The notes: a model not told the origin generated them from the letters alone. Shown: positions 20,386-31,482, numbered from the stretch's first letter. The stretch: 64,000 bases of DNA from an uncultured Acidobacteriota bacterium (GCA_963843575.1 CAWJKZ010000017.1:224001-288000); one strand, 5' to 3'. A program made the numbers and translations.

Positions 20386-23300
20386 TCAGAAGTCAAATCT
20401 CACCGCCGCCTGGATCTGGCGCGGGTAGCCCCGGACCGAGCTGAACCGGCCGAAGGAGGTCAGTTCGCTCAGATTTGATCCGGGCACCCCGAAATTCGTG
20501 TGATTCAGTACGTTATATACCTCCGCGCGCACGGAAACACGGCTGCGTCCCCGCACCGCGAAGCTCTTGACCAGCGACATATCGAAGTTGAAATAGTTCG
20601 GACCGATGAAGGCGTTGCGTCCCGACGAGCCGACCTGGCCTGCGGCCGGGAGGCTGAAATTGCCCAGATCGTCCGCCGAAAACCAGTACACGCCGTCGCT
20701 GGCGCGGATGAGCGCGCCCGCCTTGTTGCTCCCGGCGTAGTCGGCCCTGCTCGCGATCCCGGCCCGCGCCGTCTCCAGGCCCGAACTCACGCTGAAGCGT
20801 TCGCCATTCTCCCACACGCTGAGCACGCCGACGGTCCAGCCGCTGATCATGCGTTTGAACACGTTGGCATCGGCCTCAGGGCGGGGGAGCATGTACAACA
20901 GCCAGGAGTTGAACACGCGCGGACGGTCCGTGTCGCTGGGCGCCCTGTTCGCCTCGGGGACGAAGCTGTCGATCGGGAGCGCACACGCGGCGCAGTTTCC
21001 CCCTGGCACGTTGTCGAGGGACTTGCTCCACGTGTAGTGCGCATACACCTTCAGCGGCCCGGATATACGTCGTGCGCTGACCTGAAGGGAATCATAGGAC
21101 GAACGCCCGTCGTTGGTCCCCACAACGAACCTGTCGTACTGGGGGAAATTGCGCAAATAGAAGTCGCTGACGGAGGCGGAGGCGTAATTCCCGTAGAAGA
21201 GACGGTCGACCGTGTCCGCCGCGCTCCCGGCCAGCCCCTGGTCAAGCGCGCTGCCGCCCATGGCGCGCACCGCCGCGCCCACCGACCCGAACATCTTCAC
21301 CAACGCGTTGGTCGAGGAAACCGGTGTGCCGCCGGCCCGGAAGTTCTGGATCTCCTTGAACGCCTGCAGGAAGCCGCCGTCGATCTTGAGCTGGTTCAGG
21401 TCCGCGTTCATGAAGAGGCTGCGGCCGCGCTGACCCGCGTAGCCGACCTCGAGGAACGTGTCGCGCACCACCTCCCGCTGTATGCTCAGGTTGAAATGGC
21501 GGACGTAGCCGGTTTCCAGGTCCTGCAGGAAAACCGCGGCGGATGTGGACCGGGTCGAAGGCAACGTCAGGACCGGCGTGCCCGGGGGCGAGGCCGACGG
21601 GACGCCATCGCTCAATCGCAGGTCGCCACCAGCCGCGTTGGGGTAACTCGTCACGGTCACAAAGCTGCCCGGGGTGTTGTCGTTCACGAAGTTCGCGGCG
21701 GTACCCGGGAGACGGTCGAAAAAGAGGCCGAACCCGCCTCGCACCACCATCTTGGAGCTGTTGCGGGGTGACCAGGCGAATCCTGCGCGCGGGGCGAAGT
21801 TGTTCGCGTCTTTCTTGTACCACGCGCTTCCGCGCTGCACCGTGAAGTTCGCGATGTGGGCGGTCGGGCCGATGGAACCGGCCTGGTCAAGCGCGCCGAT
21901 GATGCCATCGCGCTCCGAGGGAACGCCGCCCAGCTCGTAGCGGACGCCGACATTCAGGGTCACGTTCGGCCTGAATTTCCAGTCGTCCTGCAGGAACACG
22001 CCATATTCACGAAACGCGAAATCGCGCACGCCCGCGCTCCCCGGCCCCAGATAGGATTGAAGGTCACCGTAAAACGTCTGCGTCACCCGGTCCATCCGGC
22101 CCAGCAGGTCGTTGTACAGGTTTTCGAACACCTGGCGGTCGCTCTGCGTGATCGTGCTCCCTGAGGGTCCGATCGAGGTCGCCGGGACGTTGCCGTTTGC
22201 CCGGGCAAGAGTCACATCGGGCCAGGTTCCCGCCTGGTTGGAGCTCTTCTGCCGCGTGTAACGGAAGTCGGCGCCGGCCTTCAGCGTGTGGTTGCCGCGG
22301 GCCTGGGTCAGGTTGTCCTCGAACTGAGTCACGGGCGAGTTGCGCCGGCGCCCGAACGAAGGGTCGACCGGGTCGGTCCACGAGTTGGCCAGGAACATCG
22401 GCCCCGAAAGCCGGGCAGGACGGTCGAGGTTCACCTCGGCGGTCCGGTACCCGGCTCGGAACTGGTTGACCGTGCGCGGCGAGACGACCCAGTCCGAGCC
22501 TCCCGCAAAGCCCTGGCTGCGCTGCTCTGTGGTCCCTTCCGCCGAGTCTGGATAGCGCGCGTCCGCCGCAGCATCGACCCCGCTGATATCCGACCAGTTG
22601 TACCGGAAAAACAGATGGTGGCCTGGCGAGACTGCGCGGTCCGCTCGAAAGGTAACCTGGTCGCTGTGGCTACCGTCGCCGCTGTTGAATCGGTATCCCG
22701 CCGTATTGACGGTGTCGCCCACGTCCTCGTTGTTCGGCTCGGGCATCAGCTTCAGGACCGAGGCGACCTGGGGGTCGATGCCGAGCCCGCGCGGATCGTT
22801 GCGAACGATGTCGAACGAGCTCAGGCTCGACCCGCCCGGAGCAGTCCAGCGGAAGATCCCCTCCCTGGCCTCGGCGGTGAGTACGGTCCGGTTCCGCACG
22901 GTTTCGTGCGCGGTGCGCCGTCCCTCGTAGTTGCCGAGGACGAAGATGCCGCTGTCGCCGACCGGGCCGCCGGCCGAGACACCGAACCGGTTCTGGTTGT
23001 ATTTCGGCCTTGAGAGATTCCCCGAGTTATTAAAGAAATCGTTCGCGTTCAGAGCCTTGTTGCGGAAATAGTCGAACGCGGAGCCGTGCCAGCGTGTCTC
23101 GCCGCCCCGGGTGGACAGCAGCACTTGCGCCCCGGCATTCCGTCCGAACTCGGCCTTGGCCAGGCTGGTGACGACGGAAAAAAGTCCGATCGAGTCGGGG
23201 TTGATCCCGGTCACCGAAAGCCCCAGCCTCGGTTCGACCGCGTCGTTGACGTCGAGGCCGTCCAGCGTGACATTATTGCTTCCCAGGCGGTTGCCGTTGA

Positions 23301-23820
23301 CATGCGAGGAACCCGAATCCCCTCCCCGGATTTCGACGCCGGCCTGGAATACAGCCAGATCCAGCGGATTTCGGTCGAGCAGGGGCAGGGCACCCAATTC
23401 GTGCCCCAAGAAAGCGCCGCCCGGCGCGGATTCCAGGGTGTCGAGACGGCCTTGACGCGCCTGCACGGTTTCCCCCTCGGTCGCCTCCCCGGGCGTAAGG
23501 ACGAAGTCTTCCGCGACGGCGCCCGCCATTACGGCCGGAACTCCCTCGTGGGTCACGGGTCGAAGCCCCTTGGCTTGGGCCGTGACCGTATAGCTGCCGG
23601 GAGGCAAGGCCGGAAACGAGAACCTGCCCCCGTCGTCGGTTTCCACGCGCGTGCTCCAAGGGGTCCCGGTGAGCGTGGCCGTGACGGCGGCGCCGGCAAT
23701 GCCGGTGCCCGCGGAGTTCTGGACCGTGCCTTCGATGCGCGCGGCCGGGATCTGGGCGTCAAGCGCCTTTGGCAGTATCAGCGCTAGGAGTGCGACAAGT
23801 ACGGTACGGCTTAGAGACAC
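20386..23820 (-). CDS. TonB-dependent receptor (Oar-like, carboxypeptidase-regulatory N-domain)
   Basis: GTG start with GGAGG RBS; IEGTVQ..PPGSYTVTA, FRNKALNANDFF, FLQDDWK..LNVGVRYE, NNFAPRAGFAWSP, C-terminal PRQIQAAVRFDF. Confidence 0.92.
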   Translation of the reverse strand: MSLSRTVLVALLALILPKALDAQIPAARIEGTVQNSAGTGIAGAAVTATLTGTPWSTRVETDDGGRFSFPALPPGSYTVTAQAKGLRPVTHEGVPAVMAGAVAEDFVLTPGEATEGETVQARQGRLDTLESAPGGAFLGHELGALPLLDRNPLDLAVFQAGVEIRGGDSGSSHVNGNRLGSNNVTLDGLDVNDAVEPRLGLSVTGINPDSIGLFSVVTSLAKAEFGRNAGAQVLLSTRGGETRWHGSAFDYFRNKALNANDFFNNSGNLSRPKYNQNRFGVSAGGPVGDSGIFVLGNYEGRRTAHETVRNRTVLTAEAREGIFRWTAPGGSSLSSFDIVRNDPRGLGIDPQVASVLKLMPEPNNEDVGDTVNTAGYRFNSGDGSHSDQVTFRADRAVSPGHHLFFRYNWSDISGVDAAADARYPDSAEGTTEQRSQGFAGGSDWVVSPRTVNQFRAGYRTAEVNLDRPARLSGPMFLANSWTDPVDPSFGRRRNSPVTQFEDNLTQARGNHTLKAGADFRYTRQKSSNQAGTWPDVTLARANGNVPATSIGPSGSTITQSDRQVFENLYNDLLGRMDRVTQTFYGDLQSYLGPGSAGVRDFAFREYGVFLQDDWKFRPNVTLNVGVRYELGGVPSERDGIIGALDQAGSIGPTAHIANFTVQRGSAWYKKDANNFAPRAGFAWSPRNSSKMVVRGGFGLFFDRLPGTAANFVNDNTPGSFVTVTSYPNAAGGDLRLSDGVPSASPPGTPVLTLPSTRSTSAAVFLQDLETGYVRHFNLSIQREVVRDTFLEVGYAGQRGRSLFMNADLNQLKIDGGFLQAFKEIQNFRAGGTPVSSTNALVKMFGSVGAAVRAMGGSALDQGLAGSAADTVDRLFYGNYASASVSDFYLRNFPQYDRFVVGTNDGRSSYDSLQVSARRISGPLKVYAHYTWSKSLDNVPGGNCAACALPIDSFVPEANRAPSDTDRPRVFNSWLLYMLPRPEADANVFKRMISGWTVGVLSVWENGERFSVSSGLETARAGIASRADYAGSNKAGALIRASDGVYWFSADDLGNFSLPAAGQVGSSGRNAFIGPNYFNFDMSLVKSFAVRGRSRVSVRAEVYNVLNHTNFGVPGSNLSELTSFGRFSSVRGYPRQIQAAVRFDF

Positions 23821-23862
23821 TTCTCCCTCCCGGATGCAAATTCCCTCTCGCTTTCTTGCTAC

Positions 23863-23888
23863 ATACGGAACGGGGGCGAATTGTGACG
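23863..23888 (-). promoter_or_regulatory. ECF promoter motif for the TonB receptor
   Basis: CGTCAC-15 nt-CGTAT, about 40 nt upstream of the GTG at 23820. Confidence 0.6.
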
Positions 23889-23916
23889 ATTTAGCGCAGC
23901 AAGAGTCCAAAATAAA

Positions 23917-23942
23917 TGTCACGAACCCCAGATCAAACGTAT
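23917..23942 (+). promoter_or_regulatory. ECF promoter motif for the Kelch protein
   Basis: TGTCAC-15 nt-CGTAT, about 40 nt upstream of the ATG at 23985. Confidence 0.6.
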
Positions 23943-23984
23943 AGGACTGGTGTACTCCGACACTTCGAATTGGAGATGTGTGTC

Positions 23985-26900
23985 ATGCGCCCTCATATGA
24001 GATTTCGCCCCGTGCTGTTGCTCCTGCTGGTCATCGTCGTAGCGTGGACGGAGGCACGCGCCCAAAAGAGAATGTTCGCCAAGGTTGAACCCAACGCGAA
24101 CACCGTGACCTCCAGCGCCGAGACTTACGATCCGGCCGGCGGCGGCTTTAGCCGCGTCGGCAGCAGCATGTCTTCGGGACGTGAGGGGCATGCGGCCGTG
24201 ATGATGCGCAACGGGAAGGTCCTGCTCGCCGGCGGGTACAACGGCGCTTATCTCAGTACCGCGGACATCTACGACGTGGCAAGCGGCACCCTCACTGCCT
24301 CGACGGGGTCGTTGTCGACCGCGCGCAACCTGCACACCGCGACCCTGCTGCAGGACGGCCGGGTCCTGATCACGGGGGGGTATGACGGCAGCTCGTACCT
24401 GAGCTCCGCCGAGTTGTACGACCCGTCCACCGACGCGTTCACGTCCGTCTCCAACTCGCTCATCACGGGGCGCCGCGCCCACACCGCGACCCTGCTCCCC
24501 AGCGGCAAGGTGCTGATCGCGGGCGGCTACAGCGGGAGCTACCTCAGTTCCGCCGAGCTCTACGATCCTTCGGCAGGAACCTTCACCGCGACCGGCTCGA
24601 TGACTGCGGCGCGTGCAGGACATACCGCCACCCTGCTGGAAAGCGGCAAGGTGCTGATCGCGGGGGGTGATAACGGCAGCTATCTGAATTCGGCCGAGAT
24701 TTTCGATCCGAGCACCGGCACCTTCGCGGCGACTTCAGGCGCCATGGCCGACGCGCGTGCCGGCCACGCCGCGACGCTGCTGCAGGGGGGCAAGGTGCTG
24801 CTGTCCGGCGGCTACAGCGGCAGCTACCTCACGGGGGCCGAGATCTACGATCCGTCCACCAACCGCTTCGCGGCGGCGGGTTCGATGGCCGTCCCGCGCA
24901 GCGGCCACGCGGCGGCCTTGCTGACCGGCGGCAAGGTGCTGGTCAGCGGAGGATACAACGGCGCCTATCTGAGCGACGCCGAGCTGTTTGACCCGTCCGC
25001 CGGGACCTTCAGCGCCGTCGCGAGTTCGATGACGATCGCGCGTCAATTGCACGCGGCAACGCTCCTTCCCAGCGGAAGGGTGCTGATTACCGGGGGCCAG
25101 AACGCTCCCTTGCTGGTGTTCGACATCAACCTGGACCAGACCGACAACGTCGCCCCCAACGTCGTCTTCTCCGCCGACTCAAGCACAGGATTTCTCGCGT
25201 TCACCGGCTCGGGCGTCGTCCTCGCCTTCTCACCCGAGACTGGAGCCGTCCTCAAGCTCATCGAGACGGGCGGCAAACCGGCCTTCGCCACGCCGCTGGC
25301 CGACGGCAGGACCCTGGCCGTGGTGTCGATGTGGGAGAACAAGATTTTTCTGATCGACATGCCGTCGCTTTCGGTCAAGGGCGCCTACACGTTCTCCAAC
25401 GCCGTCTTCGGGTTCGGAAGCATCCTGACCCTGTCGCCCGACGGCGGTACCGGGTATATTTCCTCGACGGGCACGGCGGAGGTCATTAAGTTCAACGCCT
25501 CCACCGGCGCCGAGTCCGGCCGTTTGAAGGGCCTGCAGGCCCCAGCCCAGGTCACCGTCTCCAAGGACGGGGGGACGATAATCGTCGTCGACACGGCGGC
25601 CGAAGAACTGGTTTTCGCCGACGCTCCGTCCATGGCGCGCAAGGCCACCTTCAAACCGAGGGAGAAGGTGGCTACGGCGGACTTGACCATATTCAACAAG
25701 GCGGTGCTGGCGCCCGACGGCAGCACAGGGATCATCGCCTGCCGCGACACGAGCGGCAGCCTGTACAGCGGGACGGCCTTCGTATTCAGGACCTCGAGCG
25801 GCGAGATCCTCGACACCGAAACGGTCGGCTCCCAGCCCGGTTTCACGGCGCTCACCCCGAACGGGCAGAATTGGGTGGTCCTCAACGAGTCGACGATCTC
25901 GCTGATCCCCTCCTACGATCCCGGCGCCCGCCAGGAAATCGCGACGGCCCAGGGCGACCCCCTCGGCTCGGCAAACATCGCGATCTCGTCCGACTCGCGC
26001 TACGCGTATTACACGTCGGCCACCCAGGACCTCGTCTTCCAGCACGACCTGATCACGCAGGGCGTGGTCGGGCAAGTATCGGTGAAAAACACCGCCAACA
26101 AGGGATTGGAGCAGGCGTCGACCGTCGCCCTCACCCCTGACGAGAAGGTCCTCGCGGCCGTCTCCTACATAGGCAACAGCATCGCCTTGATCCGCGACGT
26201 CACAGCCCTGAACGGGGCGCGATTCCTGGTTTCCAGCGGCCAGTTCAGCGGCCTCAGCCTGGTCAACCTGTCGGGCAAATCGACAAACCTGACCGTCTCG
26301 CTGCTGGACAACTACGGCGCGCTCGTCACCCAGGACGAACTGGTCAATCCGCTGGAGCTGACCTTGGGGCCGAATGCCCAGGTCTCGGCCAACATCTCCC
26401 AGCTCTTCAATCTCGACCCCAGCAAGGACCTCGCCGGGTGGATTTCCGTCGTGTCGGACCAGCCTCAGGTAGTCGGCTACCTCTCGTCGGGGCGGATCGA
26501 GGCAACCTGGTTCGGCTACTACCTGAGCCGGATGGACGGCGCCCCGCTGTTGCGGCAACAGGTCCACGACTGGGTCATCCCGGAGATCGTGACCGGCGGC
26601 GGCGGTAGCGCACAGTTCGACCTGGTCAACGCCAACTACTCCCAGGAGCTCTACGACCTGAGGCACTACGCCAAGGACGGGACCCTTTCCGGAGAGAAAC
26701 TGGGGAATGTCGCATACCCGACAAACAGACTGGAACAGAGTTTCAGCGACCTATTCACCGTCACGGGTGCCGACAAGGTGCTGGTCGCCGGCGGCCAGAC
26801 CTCCAGCGCCACCCTCAGCAGCGCAGATGTGTACGACGTGGCCGGCAAGACCTTCGACGGCCACCGGGGCGATGACTTCCCCACGCTTTGGCCACACCGC

Positions 26901-28567
26901 CACGCTGCTGCTCAACGGCAAGGTCCTGATCGCCGGCGGTAAGAACGGAACCACCGGGCTAGACAGCGCCGAAACCTACGACATCGCCACCGGAACAGAC
27001 ACGGCCACCGCCGATGTCATGAGATCTGTGCGCTATCGCCACACCGCCACCCTGCTGCCCAGCGGCAAGGTGCTGCTCGCCGGGGGACAGAACGCCACCT
27101 CGGTAAACGACACCGCCGAGGTCTACGATCCCACTTCCAACAACTTCACGGCCACCACCGGCAACATGACCGCCCCCAGGGACTCGCATACGGCCACCCT
27201 CCTGCCGACCGGCAAGGTGCTGATTGCCGGAGGCATCAACGGCGACGCGGTCACCGCCACGGCCGAATCGTATGACCCAGCGACCGGGAAATTCACCGCC
27301 GCGGAACCGATGAAGGCCGCACGTGTGTTCCACACCGCCACGCGGTTGTCCAACGGCCGCGTACTGCTGGCGGGAGGTTTCGACGGGAGCTACCTCAACT
27401 CGGCGGAGATCTACGATCCGGCCACCGGAACCTTCCGGCTCACGAGCGGGTCGATGATCTCACGGCGCGACGGACACACGGCCACTCTGCTCGACGACGG
27501 CCGCGTGCTGCTCGCCGGCGGCACGGACGGGAACGGGGCCTTGAACTCCGCGGAATTCTACGACCCGTCGACCGACTCGTTCTCGCTGGTCGCCGGCACC
27601 ATGACCGCAGCCCGTAACGGGCACACGGCAGCGCTGCAATCGGAGACCCAGGTGCTCATCCTCGGCGGAACCAACGCCACCGACGGCGCCCTCAAATCGG
27701 CTGAAATATTCGACGCCGACACCCAGAGTTTCACGGCCGTGTCGGCCTCCATGACAGCCGCCCGCAACGGCCACACGGCCACGCTCCTGGAGCCGAGCGG
27801 GGAAGGCTACGTCCGGGTAGACTGCCAGGAAGGCCTGGTGTTCACCGAGTTCTACGGCATGAAACGCGACGGCGCCATGATGAACGGCATCGATGTCCAG
27901 AAATACAGGGACGTCACCCGGCTGTACTCCCCGCAGTTCGCCATCATGACCGGCTTCAAGACCCTCCTGAACCTGATCAACGCCAACCCGGACAACGACG
28001 CCCAGGTGACCGTGACGCTACACGCCCCCGACGGCCGCGTGCTCGGGACCCCGGCGACCCTTCAGATCATGCACAACGGCAAGGTCCAGGACGACCTGCA
28101 CAACATCTTCCAGCTGGACGCCGGCGTGCAGAACACGACCGGCTGGATCGAGATCAGCAGCTCGAACGACCGCGTCCTCGGCACCGTCAGCTTCACGAAC
28201 GAGGACGATGTCTTCCTGACGAGCTTCGAGCTGTCCGGGGCGCCGCTGACGCGGTTTCGTCTATCCGCTCGCCGCGGAGGACAGCTTGTACCAGACGGGA
28301 ATCGCGCTGCTGAACGCCGGCACCGCCGCCGCCAACGTCACGCTGGAGCTCTGGTCGCCCGAGGGCACCGTGCTGCGGACCGCACAGTCGTCCCTGGCTC
28401 CGGGGACCCGCACCGCGCTGTACCTGAGCGACTACTTCCCCAACATGGAACCGTACGTCGTCGGCAATATCCGGGTCCGGTCGGACCAGCCGGTGCACAG
28501 CATCGGCCTCATCAACGACCGCGCTTTCCATTTCATAGCGGCCGTCCCCCCGATCGCCACTCCGTGA
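23985..28567 (+). CDS. Large secreted Kelch-repeat / beta-propeller / beta-sandwich-repeat protein (frameshifts near 26858 and 28256)
   Basis: Signal peptide; two sets of 7 Kelch repeats (R..HTATLL.GKVLIAGG..SAE.YDP); YVTN-like propeller; four GxxLxN..LF..GW/YI modules. Joins ORFs 23916..26942, 26707..28659 and 28286..28567. Confidence 0.82.
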
Positions 28568-28589
28568 CCTGCCCGGCACAGGAGCCATG

Positions 28590-28616
28590 GGGCCACGGCG
28601 AGCCGCCGCGGCCCAC
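28590..28616 (-). repeat. 27-nt REP element
   Basis: Reverse complement is GTGGGCCGCGGCGGCTCGCCGTGGCCC, near-identical to 17708-17734. Confidence 0.7.
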
Positions 28617-28691
28617 CCGGCCGAAAAACCCAATTCATAACGCCCCGCCCCGGCGGTAGAATCGTCCGGCATGACTTCGAAGGAGTCGCCG

Positions 28692-29465
28692 ATGACGGAC
28701 TTTCCGAACTTCGACCTCGATGGGCAGGTGGCGCTCGTGACCGGCGCCGCGCGCGGACTGGGCCGCGCCATTGCGCTGGCGCTGGCGCACGCGGGAGCCG
28801 ACGTCGCCCTGGGGCTGCGCGACGTGAACAGCGGCGGCGACCTGGCCCGGGAAATAGAAGCGCTTGGACGCCGCGCCCTGCCCCTCCAGATGGACATGAC
28901 CCGGCTGGATCAGGTGTCCGCCGCCGTCGACGCCGCGGCCGCTCACTTCGGCAGGCTGGATATTCTGGTCAACAACGCCGGGGTATCGCGCCCGACAACC
29001 CGGCCGAGAGTCGTCCGCGAGGAGGACTTCGACCGGACGCTCGCCGTCAACCTGAAAGGCACGTTCTTCGCCAGCCAGGCGGCGGCGCGGATCATGATCC
29101 GCCAGCGGCGTGGCCGCATCGTCAACATGAGTTCGCAGGCCGGCTTCGTGGCACTGCCGACCGAGTCGGTCTACTGCATGACCAAGGCCGGCATCGCCCA
29201 CCTGACCAAGTGCCTGGCCGTGGAGTGGGGGAAATACAACATCCTGGTCAATGCCGTCGCGCCGACGTTCATCCACACCCCCGGAACGCGGGAGTGCCTG
29301 TCGGACCCGCGCTTCCGGGCCGACACGGAGGAGCGCATCGCGGCCCTGCACCGGATCGGCCAGCCCATGGAAGTGGCCGGCGCCGTCGTCTTCCTCGCCT
29401 CACCCGCCGCCTCGCTCATCACCGGTCACACCCTCCTGATCGACGGCGGCTGGACCGCCCGGTGA
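28692..29465 (+). CDS. SDR family oxidoreductase
   Basis: TGAARGLG, LVNNAG, YCMTK (YxxxK), IDGGW; AAGGAG RBS. Confidence 0.92.
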   Translation: MTDFPNFDLDGQVALVTGAARGLGRAIALALAHAGADVALGLRDVNSGGDLAREIEALGRRALPLQMDMTRLDQVSAAVDAAAAHFGRLDILVNNAGVSRPTTRPRVVREEDFDRTLAVNLKGTFFASQAAARIMIRQRRGRIVNMSSQAGFVALPTESVYCMTKAGIAHLTKCLAVEWGKYNILVNAVAPTFIHTPGTRECLSDPRFRADTEERIAALHRIGQPMEVAGAVVFLASPAASLITGHTLLIDGGWTAR

Positions 29466-29516
29466 GAGCAGAAGCCGGATGCCGAAGCCGGGAAGCCGCG
29501 GCGCTCATTTTTTCTG

Positions 29517-29550
29517 TTGACTTATTTCGTATTTCTGCTATTATCGAAAT
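29517..29550 (+). promoter_or_regulatory. Sigma70 promoter with overlapping ArsR-type operator
   Basis: TTGACT-16 nt-TATTAT; inverted repeat ATTTC-N10-GAAAT (29531-29550) across the -10 box. Confidence 0.65.
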
Positions 29551-29565
29551 TATATTTCGGTGACG

Positions 29566-29990
29566 ATGGGAATAACAGCATGACGCCCCACTGATCACGG
29601 ACGAACAGATCGCACGGCACGCCGACCGGTTCGCGGCCATGGGCAACGACGCCCGGCTGCGCATCATGCGGCTGCTCCTGTCGGCCCACCCGGACGGGAT
29701 GATTGTGGGCGACATCCAGGCCGAGCTGGGCATCCCGAGCTCCACGCTGTCGCACCACCTCGAAAAGCTCAGGACCGAGGACCTGGTCCATGTCAGGCGC
29801 CACGGGACCTTCCTCAGATACTCCGCCAACGCAGAGGCGCTCCGAGGACATCCTGACGTTCCTCTACGCGGAGTGCTGCACACGGAACAAGGCAATACAA
29901 CCGCAATCGATCGTGGAGATTTCCGGGCGGTGCACCGGACCCCGCGCGGACGACAAGGAGAAGACGCGATGGACGTCAAGAAAGTCGTGA
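29566..29990 (+). CDS. arsR: ArsR family repressor with C-terminal vicinal Cys pair (frameshifted)
   Basis: FAAMGNDARLRIMRLL, SSTLSHHLEKL; shifts frame near 29843 into EDILTFLYAECC. The 5' end also appears disrupted. Confidence 0.82.
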
Positions 29991-30781
29991 AGGAGAAGTA
30001 TGGAGAGGCCGCTTTGAGGGTGATCTCTGGAGGGGGCCACGCCTGCTGCGGCAGCAGCCCCTCGTCCTGCGCCAACCCCGACCCCGTCACGACCGACCTG
30101 TACGACGAAGGCCAGAAGGGGGAACTGCCGGACGCGGCGGTGCTGGCGTCGCTGGGATGCGGCAATCCCACCGCCCTGGCCGAACTGAAGCCGGGGGAGA
30201 CGGTGCTCGACCTGGGGAGCGGCGGCGGCATCGACGTGCTGCTGTCGGCCCGAAGGGTGTCTCCGGGGGGCAAGGCGTACGGTCTGGACATGACCGATGA
30301 GATGTTGGCCCTGGCCCGCGCGAACCAGGAAAAAGCGGGTGCGACAAATGTCGAGTTCCTCAAGGGTGAGATCGAGCACATCCCGCTGCCCGACAACTCG
30401 GTCGACGTGATAATCTCAAACTGCGTCATTAATCTCTCGGCCGACAAGGACCGGGTCCTGCGCGAAGCGTTCCGTGTGTTGAAGCCGGGGGGCAGGTTCG
30501 CCGTGTCCGACGTGGTCACGAGGGGTTTCATCCCCGCGGACATCCGCAGGAGTGCGCTGCTGTGGGCTGGGTGCGTGGCCGGGGCGCTCGACGAGGAGGA
30601 GTACCGGACCAAGCTGGCGTCGGCCGGGTTCTCGGGCATCGACGTCGAGCCGACCCGGATCTATGGGCTCGAGGAGGCGACGTCGTTCCTGCGCGACCAG
30701 AGCATCGATGCGGAGACCGTCGGACCGCAGGTGGAAGGAAAGTTCATGAGCGCGTTCATCCGCGCCCGCAAACCCGAGTAA
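29969..30781 (+). CDS. arsM: Arsenite S-adenosylmethionine methyltransferase
   Basis: VKEKYG, ACCG, ASLGCGNP, VLDLGSGGGID, IISNCVINL, WAGCVAGAL, SAFIRARKP; AAGGAG RBS. Confidence 0.93.
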   Translation: MDVKKVVKEKYGEAALRVISGGGHACCGSSPSSCANPDPVTTDLYDEGQKGELPDAAVLASLGCGNPTALAELKPGETVLDLGSGGGIDVLLSARRVSPGGKAYGLDMTDEMLALARANQEKAGATNVEFLKGEIEHIPLPDNSVDVIISNCVINLSADKDRVLREAFRVLKPGGRFAVSDVVTRGFIPADIRRSALLWAGCVAGALDEEEYRTKLASAGFSGIDVEPTRIYGLEEATSFLRDQSIDAETVGPQVEGKFMSAFIRARKPE

Positions 30782-31482
30782 TGCGCTCGGGCGACATGCC
30801 ACAGGGAGCGCCAGTGCGGAATCGTCGCAATTACTACCGCCTGCTCCAGGTTCAGCCGGACGCACCGGTCGAGGTGATCCGCGCGAGCTACCGCGCCCTG
30901 ATGAGGGACTTGAAGCAGCATCCGGACCTGGGCGGGTCCACCGAGGCCGCCGCGTTGCTGAACGAGGCGCACCGGGTGTTGACCAACCCGGCGCTGCGCG
31001 CCGATTATGACCGGGCGCTCTCGGCGCGTTTCCCGAGGCGGACCGTCCAGGACGCGGAGGCCGCGCCCCCGGCCCCGGACTGTAACTTCTGCGGGACCCC
31101 GCTGGACGGCGAGCCGGACCCCGGCCAGCTTTGTCCGACCTGCCGGTGTCCGCTGCGCTCGCGCCCTGCCGCGGAGCTCGAAAGGCTTTCGCGGCGGGCC
31201 GTCGCGCGCATGAGCCGCCACGAGCCTGTCTACTACCGCTCACGGTGGCCGCAGGAGCCCCGCGAGGCGGTCATGGTCGATCTTTCCCCCACCGGCATCC
31301 GATTCCTGTGCCCGGAAGAACTCGCTCCGGGCGCCGTCCTGAAACTCGCCGGTGCCGGTTTCGAGGCCACCGCTGTGGTGAAGAATTCGCGAAGGGACGG
31401 CGAGCTTCACGCGGTGGGCGCCGCCTTCCTCGCCGTCGAGTTCGACAACCCGCGCGGCTCCTTTCTCTCGACCTCGGCGTAA
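30781..31482 (+). CDS. J-domain / zinc-ribbon / PilZ domain protein
   Basis: NYYRLLQV..HPD..LLNEAHRVL..RADYD; CNFC...CPTC; RRAVAR (RxxxR) and DLSPTG (DxSxxG). Confidence 0.82.
   Translation: MRSGDMPQGAPVRNRRNYYRLLQVQPDAPVEVIRASYRALMRDLKQHPDLGGSTEAAALLNEAHRVLTNPALRADYDRALSARFPRRTVQDAEAAPPAPDCNFCGTPLDGEPDPGQLCPTCRCPLRSRPAAELERLSRRAVARMSRHEPVYYRSRWPQEPREAVMVDLSPTGIRFLCPEELAPGAVLKLAGAGFEATAVVKNSRRDGELHAVGAAFLAVEFDNPRGSFLSTSA

Noticed and set aside
24100-27790. Regularly spaced DNA repeats resembling an array
   Set aside because: They are in-frame Kelch coding repeats, not CRISPR repeats; there are no unique spacers or cas genes.
29566-29600. Selenocysteine or readthrough at the TGA codons near the arsR start
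   Set aside because: The TGAs are not in the ArsR reading frame; an indel explains them better.
29639-30781. Apparent ArsR-ArsM fusion protein (380-aa ORF)
   Set aside because: The ArsR C-terminus (EDILTFLYAECC) is in another frame and arsM has its own AAGGAG RBS and ATG at 29969. The fusion results from a 1-nt indel near 29843.
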